From Lama guanicoe (lineage: Eukaryota): 64,000 nucleotides of DNA. The notes below the pieces were generated by a model. It was not told the DNA's origin. It saw only the letters and a program-made list of their open reading frames with translations, and searched no databases. The stretch spans positions 11,999,413 to 12,063,412 of the forward strand of contig MU053934.1 in the NCBI GenBank assembly GCA_013239625.1, in the 5' to 3' direction. Made by a program: the position numbers and the translations under genes. Shown here piece after piece: positions 37,793 to 50,041 of this stretch. The stretch's first letter is position 1. Every line of letters starts with the position of its first letter.

Positions 37793-38228
37793 ATGGAGAA
37801 TAACCAGGAGACTAGGTCCGGAGGGGACGGGGGGTTCGTTTCCAATAAAATTAAGTTCAAAATAGAAGAGGACGACGATGGCCAGCTTCCTGGTCACGGC
37901 CTGGAGGACGGGCAGCAGGCGGACGGGGGGGACGACTACGGGGCGCTGCTCTCGCAGTACAGCAGCACCCTGTACAGCGTGGCCATGGAGGCCGTGGCGC
38001 AGAGCCTGCTCTCGGGCCGCGGCGCCGGCTCCAGGAAGAAGTCGCCAGCCTGGAAACACTTCTTCATCTCCCCCCGCGACAGCACCAAGGCCATCTGCAC
38101 CTACTGCATGAAGGAGTTCAGCCGGGGCAAGAATGAGAAGGACCTGAGCACCAGCTGCCTCATGAGACACGTGAGGAGGGCGCACCCCACGGCACTGGCT
38201 GAGCCGGGGCCTGAGCCCGGCGGCGGGG
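37793..38228 (+). CDS. ZBED4: ZBED4 N-terminal coding segment (start codon and BED finger 1), upstream of the apparent frameshift
   Basis: ATG at 37793 in strong context (gtcATGG). Translation MENNQ...[12 protein letters not shown]...[22 protein letters not shown]...[52 protein letters not shown] is recognisable as the ZBED4 N-terminus with a BED zinc finger (W..F, CxxC, HxxxxH). The frame loses homology after about 38195-38260; the end coordinate is approximate. Confidence 0.93.
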
Positions 38229-41168
38229 GTGCCCCGGCCCCCCGCCCCCGCCCCGAGAGGCCTGGGCCACTTGCTCTCACCCATCAAACTAGCCCAGAAA
38301 GCGGCCTCTCAGACGCCATCCCCCGAGCACACGACAGAGGAATCTGTGTCCGCCGTATCCTCTGAGGAGGTCTCATCCGACGTGCCTGGGTCTGAGAGGA
38401 ACGGCCGGGAAGAGGCCTTGGGGGTGCTGCCTCCCCGCCTGCCTGCACCCCACAGCGAGGATGCGGCGGACGGCGGGGCTGAGAGGAGCCTCCCCGTCCC
38501 CAGGAGCACGTCGGGGTCCCGGAGGAGGTCTGCGGTCTGGAAGCACTTCTACCTGTCGCCGCTGGACAGCTCCAAGGCCGTGTGCATTCACTGCATGAAC
38601 GAGTTCAGCCGCGGGAAGAACGGGAAGGACCTGGGCACCAGCTGCCTGATCCGGCACATGTGGCGGGCACACCGCGCCATCGTGCTGCGAGAGAATGGCG
38701 GGGGCGCAGCCGTGCCACCCCCCTACTCAGCGCCACCCACCCTGCTGCCCGCACTGCCGCCGCCGGACGGAGAACCCGACTCCGTGTCCTCGTCCCCGGG
38801 GAAGCTGGTTCCCGAGTCCCCTTCCGCGTCCTCCTCCCCCGATCGGCTGCCAGAGGACCTGCCCACGCACCTGAGCGCCAGAGACGCGCTGCTGGAGGAC
38901 GCAGCCGCGCTGTCCTCCGACGATGCAGGTGAGGCCTCCCTGGCACCCTCTCCCGAGAAGGAGCGCGGCCCTGCGCCCAGCCCGCGCGCGCCCGAGGCGG
39001 GGGCCGTGTTCCAGCAGAACAGGAAGGTCATGCGGAGGCTCAAGTCGGAAGTGTGGCACCACTTCTCGCTGGCGCCCACCGACAGCCTCAAGGCCGTGTG
39101 CAGGCACTGCACCTGCGTCATCAGTCGCGGGAAGAAGGGTGACGTGGGCACCAGCTGTCTGATGCGGCACCTCTACCGGCGCCACCCGGACGTGGTCGGG
39201 AGCCAGAGGGGTCTTCTGGGCACCAGCCTGGCAAATTCTCCGTATGCCACCCTGGCTTCTGCAGAAACCACCGCCGCCAAGGTGACCGACCTGCCCGCGG
39301 TGGTCACCAGGAGCGGTCCAGCCATGTTTCCCGTCAGCAGCAAGAAGACCTCCAAGCTGTGGAATCACTTTTCCACCTGCCCCGCAGACCCCACCAAGGT
39401 CGTGTGCTTGCACTGTGGCCGGACCATCAGCAGAGGCAAGAAACCCACCAACCTGGGCACCAGCTGCCTCCTGCGGCACCTGCAGAGGTTCCACAGCGGC
39501 GCCCTGAAGCCCGACGCCCCCGCTGCCCCGCCCTCCACCACGGGTGGCCAGGCGCTCCCCAGCTCCGGGGCCACGGGGCCCCCCCCGGAGGACGACACCT
39601 CGGAGAGGTTCTGCGACTCTCACCCGGTCGCCAAGAAGATCACGCGTCTCGTGGCAGAGATGATGGCCCTGGACCTGCAGCCGTACTCGCTCGTGGACAG
39701 CGTGGGCTTCAGCAGGCTGCTCGCGCACCTGGCGCCGCAGTACTCGCTGCCCCCCCCCGCCTACTTCTCCAGGACCGCCATCCCCGGCATGTATGACCGC
39801 GTGAAGCGCGCGGTCATGTCTCACCTCCAGGCAGCGGAGAGCGGCGTTGTCCACTTCACGTCCGGGATCTGGATGAGCAGCCAGACCCGCGAGTACCTGA
39901 CCCTCACCGCCCACTGGGTCACCTTTGAGCCAGCGGCGCGGCCGCTCGGGGAGGACCACCACTGCTCGGCGCTCCTGGACGTGTCGCAGGTCGACTGTGA
40001 CTACAGCGGCAGCAGCGTCCAGAAGCAGCTGGAGCGTTGGTGGGAGGCCTGGGTGACGTCCACCGGCCTCCAGGTAGGCATCACCGTCACTGACAACCCC
40101 AGCATTGGGAAGACGCTGAACGAGGGCGCGCGCTCCAGCGTGCAGTGCTTCAGCCACACGGTCGACCTCGTCGTCAGCGAGGCCATCAAAAGCCAGAGGA
40201 TGGTACAGAGCCTGCTGAGCACCGCCCGCAAGATTTGCGAGCGCATCAGGCGCTCTCCCCGGGCCAGGGCCAAGCTGGCCGAGCTGCAGAAGGAGTACGA
40301 GCTGCCTCCCCACCACCTGCTGCAGGACGTGCCGTCCAGGTGGGGCACGTCCTTCCACATGCTGGAGCGGCTCATCGAGCAGAGGAGGGCAGTCAGCGAG
40401 CTGTCGGTGGAGTGCAACTTCCGGGAACTCCTTAGCAGCGACCAGTGGGAGGTCATGCAGTCTGTGTGCCACGCCCTGAAGCCCTTCGACGCCGCCAGCC
40501 GGGAGATGAGCGCCCAGGTGTCCACGCTCAGCCAGGTCATCCCCATGGTGCATATCCTGAACCGCAGGGTGGAGATGCTGTTCCAGGAGACCATGGGCAT
40601 CGACAGCATGCTCAAGTCCCTGCAGGAGGCCATGGCCGGCCGCCTGTCCGCCACCCTCCGCGACCCCCGCTACGTGCTCGCCACACTCTTGGACCCGCGC
40701 TACAAAGCCTCTCTGTTCTCCGAGGAGGAGGCTGAGCAGTATAAGCAGGACTTGATCAGGGAACTGGAAATGCTGAATTCTACCTCAGAGCCCACGCCTG
40801 GCTCCCCACGGAGGGACTCGGCCGCAGACGGGAGCCTGTGGTCTCTCATGGCCACCGTGAAAAGGAGCGAGCCCAGGGGGCCGCCCAGGGTGCCCGAGGC
40901 CATGGTGCTGGCCTACCTGGAGGAGGAGGTGCTGGAGCACGGCTGCGACCCGCTCGCCTACTGGAACCTGAAGAAGGCGGCCTGGCCCAGCCTGTCTGCC
41001 TTGGCCGTGCGGTTCCTAGGCTGCCCCCCCAGCATCGTCCCCTCGGAGAAGCTGTTCAGTACGCCCACCGAGAATGGCAGCTGTGGCCAGTCTAGGCTCA
41101 TGATGGAGCATTTTGAAAAGCTTATCTTTCTGAAGGTGAACCTCCCCTTAATTTACTTTCAGTATTGA
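38229..41168 (+). CDS. ZBED4: ZBED4 main coding segment: BED fingers 2-4, hAT-transposase-derived RNase H-like domain and C-terminal hAT dimerisation domain
   Basis: 979-codon open frame with LSPIKL, three BED fingers ([56 protein letters not shown]), hAT motifs (TVTDN, CFSH, RWGTS, LDPRYK, DPLAYW, PSEKLFS) and C-terminus [18 protein letters not shown] at 41166-41168. Joined to the N-terminal segment it gives about 1124 aa from one exon. Confidence 0.97.
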   Translation: MPRPPAPAPRGLGHLLSPIKLAQKAASQTPSPEHTTEESVSAVSSEEVSSDVPGSERNGREEALGVLPPRLPAPHSEDAADGGAERSLPVPRSTSGSRRRSAVWKHFYLSPLDSSKAVCIHCMNEFSRGKNGKDLGTSCLIRHMWRAHRAIVLRENGGGAAVPPPYSAPPTLLPALPPPDGEPDSVSSSPGKLVPESPSASSSPDRLPEDLPTHLSARDALLEDAAALSSDDAGEASLAPSPEKERGPAPSPRAPEAGAVFQQNRKVMRRLKSEVWHHFSLAPTDSLKAVCRHCTCVISRGKKGDVGTSCLMRHLYRRHPDVVGSQRGLLGTSLANSPYATLASAETTAAKVTDLPAVVTRSGPAMFPVSSKKTSKLWNHFSTCPADPTKVVCLHCGRTISRGKKPTNLGTSCLLRHLQRFHSGALKPDAPAAPPSTTGGQALPSSGATGPPPEDDTSERFCDSHPVAKKITRLVAEMMALDLQPYSLVDSVGFSRLLAHLAPQYSLPPPAYFSRTAIPGMYDRVKRAVMSHLQAAESGVVHFTSGIWMSSQTREYLTLTAHWVTFEPAARPLGEDHHCSALLDVSQVDCDYSGSSVQKQLERWWEAWVTSTGLQVGITVTDNPSIGKTLNEGARSSVQCFSHTVDLVVSEAIKSQRMVQSLLSTARKICERIRRSPRARAKLAELQKEYELPPHHLLQDVPSRWGTSFHMLERLIEQRRAVSELSVECNFRELLSSDQWEVMQSVCHALKPFDAASREMSAQVSTLSQVIPMVHILNRRVEMLFQETMGIDSMLKSLQEAMAGRLSATLRDPRYVLATLLDPRYKASLFSEEEAEQYKQDLIRELEMLNSTSEPTPGSPRRDSAADGSLWSLMATVKRSEPRGPPRVPEAMVLAYLEEEVLEHGCDPLAYWNLKKAAWPSLSALAVRFLGCPPSIVPSEKLFSTPTENGSCGQSRLMMEHFEKLIFLKVNLPLIYFQY

Positions 41169-42370
41169 AACGCACGGCGGGGCCGCCGGCAGGGTGTCTG
41201 CTGGGGCTGGTGGCTCCTCCGGTCAGGGCTGCGCAGGACAGCAGACCGGCCCTCTCAGGTCCACACTGAGGCCCCCCAAGCCCTCCCTGACGTTGCACGT
41301 GCCTTACTCCTCTTCCTCCAGGCCAGGGACCTCGGCGTGTGTTTTAGGGCGTCCATTAAATACAGCCTGTCTTGTCAGTTATGAAATGCGATGATTCGGT
41401 TTCATTCAAACCTGTAAAGTGTTTTTAAAAGTCGGGGTGGGATACCGGTTTTACTAGAATGGCCGAGAAGATACAAGCAGTTTTATTCTGTAGACTTTTT
41501 ACTCGATTGTGTAAAAACCACGAATCAGGTACTGTACTGTAGTTTTAAATTGCTTTAATTGCAACAAAGCAGCTTTGCGGCTGTCAGGTAAAGCCTGTGA
41601 GAGACAGCGGAGCCGAAGCCGCCGCACAGGCCGTCGGGCTGCAGGCTGGAAGGGGGCCGGGGCCGGGGACCATCCGGGAGTGGGCGGTTCGCTGCAGCCG
41701 GCTCAGGTCTGGAGCCGGGGCTGCGCGCGGACGCCTCCTGCCGCGTCACTCGAGCGGGCTCGGTGCAGGGCGTGCTCCCTCTCAGGGGGCCACGAGGTCC
41801 GCTAGCTTGGACACAGCCCGGCCTCCTGCGTGAGCGCCGGTGGTGCCTGTGGTGTAGCCGTGCGCGTGGCGACACGTTTCCAGCGTCCTGCTGTTAAGTG
41901 TCCAGGCCTCTGACTCGGCGGCTCCGCACCGTGCAGCTGCCTTGAAACTTGTGCACTGAACCCCGATTTGATCAAATTCTGTATAAAACTGTTTTTAGAA
42001 GAGACGGTTTATTAACAGGGCGGAAGACTGTCATAGGACCGCTGTAAGACTAGCCTTAGGGGTTTAGACTTTCTTTTTATACGAGGGAAGGTCCAGCCAT
42101 CAGTGGGGTATTTAGACTCCCGGACATCAGAACGGAGTGTCGGTTGTCAGGTTCTTTTACCAGTGCTGCGTCTTCAGAGTTTTTACTTCAACGTTTAGAA
42201 AAGGGTTCATTTTCTTACTTCAAACCAGTTAAATATTCTGGGTGAAACAAATCACTGATTTGCCTATGACCTTTTGGAAGAGTCATTTTGTTAAAATACT
42301 GTACCTATTATTAACCTGAATTTGCATTGACTGTTTTAGTGTATTTATAAATGGTGAACTCAGTTCTGAA

Positions 42371-42437
42371 ATTAAACTTTTTATTTGCAATTTTCTACTG
42401 CTGGAGGACACTGGCTTTTTATTCTCAGGATAATAAA
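42371..42437 (+). terminator. ZBED4: Candidate ZBED4 polyadenylation signals
   Basis: ATTAAA at 42371-42376 and AATAAA at 42432-42437, at the end of an AT-rich 3' UTR-like stretch and before an abrupt return to GC-rich sequence. Confidence 0.55.
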
Positions 42438-44050
42438 ACAGCCCTCCTCTTAGGGCCCAGCGCGTGCAGAAGCCGCTCGTGCCCACCTTTGGGTTGTCGC
42501 TGCGCCCGGCCGCGGGGGAGGAGGTGATGTTCTCGCATGGCGCTTCTCACCGTGGCGGGAACGTGATGGGAACCTCTAGGTGCTGTGTCTGCAGCAAGTG
42601 CAGTGACGCACGGGCTGGGGGAACGCCCCTCCTGTGTCCCTAGGGCGGCCGCTCGGAGCACCGGTCTGGGACAGCGGAGGGAGCTGCTCTGTGCTCCTCT
42701 GACCCTCAGGTCCCATGTGCCAATGTGTGTTCAGAGCGGAGCTTCACTTGAGGACTTCAGTGCAGGGCTCGGGCCTCACAGATGTCCGCAGGCCGAGGGG
42801 CTGCGGCTGATGCTGTCCTGAGCTGAGGGTCCTGGGCCCACCGCGGGCTGACGCAGTTCCAGCCCCACAAGGCCCACGGCCACGCTCGGTTGACCCCACC
42901 GCAGGCTCCTGGGCCCACTGACCCACAGTGCTCGGCCACTGGGTCACAGCAGGGGTGGCCGCACCTAGGACAAGTGTAGGCACTTTTTCCTGCCAGAGTC
43001 TCTGTTCATGCCCCAGGGGTTCGCCTCAGACAGGTCTCCGTGGCAGGGGTCCCCACAGGGGGCCGGGACCTTGGGCCTGTGTGCCCTGGCCCCAGCTGAG
43101 GGCTCCCCGGCCCCCACTCACCGCCCCAGCTGGCCTCGTGTGGCCTGGAGGGGCCTGGCAGCCCCAGTCTGGTAAGCTGTGGGGCTGGGAAGGAGGGTCT
43201 GCAGGAGGCAGTGGGGCACACTTAGGGCTTGGGGCTCTTCAGAAAGGCCGCGTCCTCAGGATCGGGGCACCGAGCTTTAAGCGGTTTTTCCAGGCTCAGC
43301 TGCTGCTGGCATGTGCGCTGCCTGTAGGACCGAGCAGCCACGAGGAGACTGCGGGTCCAGGGGCCGCCCAGGTCGCCGTGGGGCCCTTTCCAGAGCAAGG
43401 TTGCTGGCCTCTAGCACATCTCCCTCTTCAGTTTTTCACGCTCTAGGCCTCAGGCTGCTGTTCTCCGCTGGGGCCCTGAGTCCTGGTCAGCCGGCCCGGG
43501 CTCCTGAGTGATGGCCAGGCGCGCGTGCTCGGGGCCACAGGCCCGCAGCGTGCTGTGCTCTCGAGCCGGTGCTGATGCAGACGTCTCCATCCATGTAGCT
43601 GCAAACATGTTCCCAGGGCTCCAGCCTCAACGCCCCGTCCAGACCCCAGCCACTCGAGGACGCTTTGGGCAGGCTGCTTCTAAGAAACCCCTCACATGAG
43701 CCTCAGAAACCGTCCCCTTTCAGGGAGTGAGTCCTGCTGCGTGTGGTCAAAGCAGTGGGCGTCATTTAAAATTAAGACACCCTTTCCTTCCACTTCGGAC
43801 GGTGAGGCAGCAGCTGGGTTAGACCGCCTCCCCCGAGAACTGCCAGAGCCAGAGGAAGCGTCTCTGTAAGAAGCGATTTGTGAAGACGTCAGAGCACCTC
43901 TGAGGCTTCGGGGACACGCCGGCCTTCTAGTGAGAAGAGGCTCTCACGAAGGGGGCCCCGCGTCCCCAGCCCTTCCTGTCCAGCCTCGGGCCAGGAGGCC
44001 AGACCCCGAGGCTTCCGGCGGGACCCAGGAGGGCAGTGAGGCAGCAGCCC

Positions 44051-44677
44051 TGAGACAGGAGGGAAGGGGGCAGGACACAGCCGCTCAAGGACTGACAGCA
44101 ATTAACACCAAAATGGTGGAAGATTCCCCTCCCAGTTGGCCCTGAGGACTAAGAGGCTTGGCTTCTAGCAGACCCTGGGCTTCATCATATGCTCCTTGTA
44201 ACAGCGGGGTAAGCGGCATGCCCGCAGGCGCCACGACAGCCCCGAGGCTAACCACAGGAGGTCAGAGTGGGCAGCGGCCGGTTCCTGGGAACCCCAGCCC
44301 CTCCCCAGGGCAGCTGGAGCGGTCCCACCTGTAGGCGCGTGACGCTACCGAGCCCATAAGGCCTGGCACCACCACACCTGGCTGCCCTTTCTCGCTCCCT
44401 GTTCCTTGGAGCCGGCCCGCACTCTGGCTGTGGAGTGTGTGCCTGCTTTTACTCTAGCCTGAGCGCCCAGTTCCCACGGCCCTTTCCTGGCCTTTCTCTG
44501 GCCTCACACCCCGTGCGGTGTGTGTCTCTAAATACATCTACCCTTACTCAGCTCCGGCCCGCACTTTAACTCTTTCCTGCACGAAGCCAAGGACCCACAC
44601 TTGGCAGGACACGTCCCAGGGGCTCAGCCAAGACCTGAGGCACGGCCCTCATGCCCCGTGGCCGTCTTCCTGCATCA
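44051..44677 (+). mobile_element. Solo ERV LTR (probably ERV1 class)
   Basis: TG...CA termini with imperfect inverted repeats (tgagacagga / tcctgcatca), near-matching 4-bp flanks (gccc / gctc), and a degenerate polyA signal (aatacat) near 44531. Confidence 0.7.
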
Positions 44678-47309
44678 GCTCCACAAAGCTGGACACCACT
44701 GTGTCCTGTGCATCCTGACCACCGCAGGTCGCCTGCCCTACTGCATCCTTCTGCACAGAGGAAATTTTTTTTTCTTAAAAAACCAAAGCGTCTGTAGCAT
44801 TACATGCATCATTTGACTCTGGGTAAGACATGATCAGACATTAAAGAAGGGGCAGTGGGGACTGACAGGTGAGCAGAGGGACAACAGAAACAGGCCCAGG
44901 CTCTGTCCAGACGCAGACTTCACCACAGTCACCCCCTTCAGGAAGGCTGAGGACGTGGAGTGTGTCACTAGAGACAGGCTCTGCGCGTGATCAGGACTCG
45001 CGCCCCAGCACGTTCCAAACCCAGAAGGCACAGTGAACGGTTCCACATGGCTCTCGTACCAGATTGTTCAGGTGAGAAGACTGCTGACTGGGACACGGGA
45101 CAACAGAAAACCTCTGGACTGAAGCGCAGAGAAGACAGGATGGAATAGAGAGGGGGAGCCGGGAGCCAGGGGGCCTGGGGGCCATGGGGAAGATGCGGCA
45201 GAGCCCCCCCCCCGGCTTTCTAAACTGACAGCAGCTGGGGAGTCGGGAATCCCCACCCAGTACCCAGCACCCACATCCCCGGGTACAGCTCCCCTCGAGG
45301 GCCCAGGCTTTTCTCTCAGGAACAAAAGGCTTTCCAGACGCCCCAGTAGAGCCCGTTGGCTGAAATGGGTCACAGAGGACGTCCTGAACATGGTCCAGAG
45401 CAGGGCACAGCCTCCTATGTGAGTGTCAGCTCTGCCCCGCAGGGCCACATCATCTCCGGGGTCCTCTGTCCACTCGGCCAGTCTACCCAGTTGTCCCTCT
45501 GCCACTGCACAGGCCCTGATTTCCAGAGCATCAGAAGTCTAGACACCTGCCCCCTGTCCTTCCAGGATGTACCTTGGTACTTTGTCCTCTAAAAATTCCA
45601 AAACCAGTTGCCAAGTTCCATGAAAACTCCTGACAGTATTTTGATTGAAAGTGAGTTGAATTTATAGCTCATCTGGGGGCAGACAGCTTTACTGTAAGGA
45701 TGTGTATGCTTGAATAGTGATTCATTTTGTTTTGTTTACTCTTGGCCTCTTCGGAAACGGCGTCGGGCCAGATCACTAGGACTGACCCTGCGGCCAGGGC
45801 GGCACGGACACTTCAGCAGGAGGAACTCAGGCCGTGGGCTCCCTCAGCACAGAGCGCCGGGGGAGTGCTGCCCTCGGGAACCCCCTCTCTCTGGTTCTGA
45901 AGACACTATCTTGTTCAAGCGATTCTAATGACAATTCCTGTACAGAAGCTGGCTTCCATAAAATCTAGTATCCGAACTAGTTTTTTAAAGTAGTTTCATC
46001 TTAAAACAATCCCAACCTTGCAGGGATTTTGCAGGTACGATGCAAAGAAACTTCCCCCTGAACCCTGGAGAGTGGGTTGCTGGCCGGTGCTCACAGCCCC
46101 TGCGCCTGCACACCCGTGACCCCGCAGGTGCACCTGGGGTCAGGACTGCCCCTGTGGGAGGAGGCGGAGGGGGTGGCAGCGGGGTCAGGGAGAGCCTGGA
46201 ATGCAACACAGACCTGAGAGTCCAGCCACAGCATGCCAGCTGTCCCAGCAACGGGCCCAGCCTCCAGCTTGTGCCATGTTTAGGTGACGTGGCCCGAGCT
46301 CCCTCTGTCTAGAAGAGTCTCCAGTGTTCCGTGGCTCCACACTCACAGGCACAGGCCGGTCATCCAGCGGCCTGTGTCCCTCAACTGCGGCTCGTGTGCC
46401 TTCCTCACAAGGTTCAGGTCCTGCAGCGAAGGCACAGCACCACGTGGGTGACGCTCGTCCTGGTCGCTGTGCCCCCAGGTGGGCACCAGTGCCGACGGCC
46501 ACCTAGGCCCTGGGGGAAGGTGGCTCCACCAGGACCCCACTGCAAGTGATTTGCCTTCCCTTTATGATTAAAACGTGTTTTACGTGGAGGTTCTTCGAGA
46601 CAATGTAAACACCTCATTCCTCGTAAAACTTCACGTCTATTCACATATGTCACTGTGGGCTCACTTACAAGGTACCTGTTACTGGCATTATTTTGCTAAA
46701 ATTTCCCCCGAGTTGGCCAGTGGCCCCTCAGCCTGGCCTCTGTGGCAGGTCCCCGTCATTCCGTGAGACTCTTTCCTTTCTGGGGGACGACGTCTTCCTG
46801 ACTCATCTTCTGTCTCCCCTGCCCCGTCCAGAATGAGGCATTTCTCCAAGGGACCCTGGGGGTTGGCAACCAAGGGCAGGGCACCGGGTGTTGTTCCCGC
46901 TCCTGGATTCTCAGCGCATGTACTTACACTTGTATCTACGCTGTATTTATTTCTGTGTCCGCGTACGCTAAAGCCATGACTTTGTGGCACCAGCTCTGAT
47001 GCGACACCCGGGGGCCATTCTGGTTTTCCCCCTTTCCACACTTTGTAGCTCCTTCTCGGCCTGTCTCTCATGACCCTAGAGACAGTTGTTTGATGAATCC
47101 CCTTGTCTTGATGCCCCTCCCCTGGTGTCCTCTGACCCTACTCAGATCCTTGACACCCCGTGCCCAGCCCCCTTGTAGAAACCCCCCTGCTCGGAATGGC
47201 CTCCAGACTTGGGTGCTAGGCTGCCCGCCCAAGCACTGATCTCTTCAGGCTGCTTGGCCTCTGGCATTTCTCACTGGCCATGGTAGCACCGCCACCCCTT
47301 TATTTTATT

Positions 47310-49176
47310 GGTTAATAAAATTAATAAGCTTCTAGTCAGAGTAACAGAAAAAAAGAGAAATGACACTAATTACTGATAGCAGAAATGAAACAGGAGTCAT
47401 CACTACATCACATGGACATGAAAGGATAACAAAAGAATATTATGAAAAACTGTGCTCACATTTGATAATCTCAATAAAATGGACCCATTTTAAAAAAGAC
47501 ACAATCTGCCAAAAGTCACACAAGGAGTAGATGATCTAAATAGGTCTCTATCAGTTAAAGAAACTGAATCAAGGATGAATAATCTTCCAAGACAGAAAGC
47601 ACCAGGCCCAGATGGCTTCACTGGTGAATCCTACCAAAAATTTAAGGAGAAATATACCAGTTCTCTGCATTCTCTTTCAGGGGACAGAACCAGAGGAAAT
47701 ACTTCCTAACTCATTCTCTGAGGCCAGGATTACCCTAATATCAAAACCAGACAAAAAGCATTACAAGAAAAGAAAGCTGCAGACCCATATGTCTGCAAGA
47801 CTCCTCAACAAAATATTAGCAAATCAAGTCCAACAATATATAAGAAGAATTATACACCACAACCAAACAGGCTTTATCCCAGGATGCAAGTCTGGTTCAA
47901 CATTAGACAACCACTAATATAATCCATCAAATGAACAGGCTAAAAGAGAGAAATCACATACCATATTAATAGATGCAGAAAAAGCATTTGACAAAATTCA
48001 ACAGCCATTGATGATAAAACTCTTAGTGAACTAGGCATAGCAGGGAACTTCCTCAACTTGATAAAGAATATTTTACAGCTAATATATTCACAGATAACAA
48101 TATACTTTCAGGTAACATGCTTAATGGTGAGAAATTCAAAACTACCCCACAAGATCAGGTACAATGCAAGGATGTCCCCTCTCACCACTCCTTTTCAACT
48201 TCCAACTAGAAGTTCTAGCTAATGCAATAAGACAAGAAAAGGAAATAAAATGCATACCGTTTGGGAATGAAGCAGTAAAACTGTCTTTGTTTACAAATGT
48301 CATGATCATCTATGTAGAAATTCCAAAAGGATCAACAAAAATACTCCTGGAACTAATAAGCAATTATAATAAGGATGCAAGATACATGTTAACATACAAA
48401 AGTCATTTGCTTTCCTTCAGACCAGCAATGAACAAGTGGGATTTGAAATTAAAAACATAATACCATTTAAACTAGCTCCCCAAAAGTGAAATATTAAGCA
48501 TAAATCTAACAAAATATATGTACAAGCTTATATAAAGAAAAGAACAAAGTAAAGTGAAAGAGCCCAATAAATGTGGAGACATCCCATGTTCATGGACAGG
48601 AAGACTCAAAATTGTCAAGATGTCAGTTCTTTCCAACTCAATCTGTAGATCAATCCCATCTCAATCAAACCTCAGCAAGTTATTTTGTGGATATTGATAA
48701 ACCAATTCTATAGTTTATATAGAGGGCCAAAAGACTCAAACTAACCAATGCAATACTGAAGGAGAAGAACAAGGTTGGAAGCCTGCCATTACCTGACTTC
48801 AAGACTAACTATAAAAAAAAAAAAAAGACTAACTATAAAGCTATATAGTAACCAAGACAGTGAAATTTAGCAAAAGAATAGGCAGATAGGTCAATGGAAC
48901 AGAAAAGAGAGCCCAGAAACAGGCCCACATAAATATAGCCAACTGATCTTTGACAAAGAAGCAGAAGCAATAAATGGAATAAACATCATCTTTTCAACAA
49001 ATGGCGTTTTAAAAATAGGACATCTATGTGCAAAAAAGAATCTAGACACAGACTTTACATGATTCACAAACATTAACTTAAAATGGATCACTTACCTAAA
49101 TGTAAAACGCAAATCTGTAAAACTCCTTGAAGATAACACAGGAGAAATCCTAGATGACCTTCGGAATAGTGATGAC
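47310..49176 (+). mobile_element. L1 ORF2 (reverse transcriptase) fragment, decayed
   Basis: LPNSFSEARITLISKP, LLNKILANQVQQYIRRIIHHNQTGFIPG and QGCPLSPLLFN..LEVLANAIRQEKEIK motifs, with frameshifts. Confidence 0.93.
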
Positions 49177-49357
49177 TTTTTATTTTATTTTATTTTTATT
49201 TTTATTTGTTTTTATTTTTTAATTTTGGGGGGAAGGTAATTAGGTTTGTTTGTTTATTTATTTATTTATTTATTTAATGGAGGTACTGGGAATTGAACCT
49301 AGGACCTCGTGCATGCTAAGCATACATTCTATCACTGTGCTATATACACTCCCCTCC
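49177..49357 (-). mobile_element. tRNA-Ala-derived SINE (vic-1 type)
   Basis: Reverse complement of the 8763 element (tggaggtactgggaattgaacctaggacctcgtgcatgctaagc...) with a T-rich tail. Confidence 0.85.
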
Positions 49358-50035
49358 TTCAGTTTACAAAAATAGATGGCCCTTACATCATCGGTTTTTG
49401 AATGAAGACATTCAAATTCACTTCATAGGGAAATGAAGATTAAACCACCAAGGCAGCTACCAAGGTCAACAGCCCACCCACGCGGGCTGATCACCAGGTG
49501 CCAACATCTGAGCAAAGAACTGCCAGTAACAGACAAATAATAAATACTGTGATGACAGATACATGGGGAAGGCGGGGCCGCAAGCGGCAGGCATGGAGTG
49601 CCGCAGACGGGCCACAGCAGGAAGCACCAGCTGGCACCGCATCACGGAGGGCGGAGGGGCCTCCTCGTTGGCAGCAGGTGTCTGCACTGGTCGCCGCCAG
49701 CTCCCATGGAAAAGACAGTAACTCATGGTGTGGAAGGCCACCACCTCCTTCCCAGGACAAGGGTCCATGCCAAGCTATGGGCAACTTGCTCTCAAATGGC
49801 TCAAAAAAAAAAAAAAAACACTCGTCTTTACACACGTGTGTAGTGTGTATAAAGCATGCCCAGTTCTCTGCATCATCTTCTGGGCCCGGCAGTGTCACAC
49901 ACACTTCGGGACCTTGATAAATGCTTGTTCAGCCAAGTGGAAAAGTGCCCAAATCATCTCTAAAACCAACCCCAGGCAAGGCCGTCTCTGGGAGCATGAC
50001 TACCGTAAGGCCGCTAGTGAAAGAACGTGTAAAAC

Positions 50036-50041
50036 TTTATT
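50036..50041 (-). terminator. ALG12: Candidate ALG12 polyadenylation signal
   Basis: tttatt on plus (AATAAA on minus), about 385 nt after the stop codon. Confidence 0.6.

Noticed and set aside
38192..38273. Programmed ribosomal frameshift in ZBED4
   Set aside because: The shift needed is +1/-2, there is no canonical slippery heptamer, and orthologues I recall are one continuous ORF. A sequencing error is simpler.
38727..40553. 608-aa antisense ORF opposite ZBED4
   Set aside because: Codon-aligned shadow of a CDS with very high third-position GC. The translation is low-complexity and has no recognisable domain.
37793..41168. Autonomous hAT transposon or new mobile system
   Set aside because: This is the host gene ZBED4 in conserved synteny with ALG12 and CRELD2. 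It lacks evident terminal inverted repeats and the first catalytic Asp.
47310..49176. Active reverse transcriptase gene
   Set aside because: The L1 ORF2 fragment has many frameshifts and stops and a degenerate catalytic motif (FTNV where FADD is expected).
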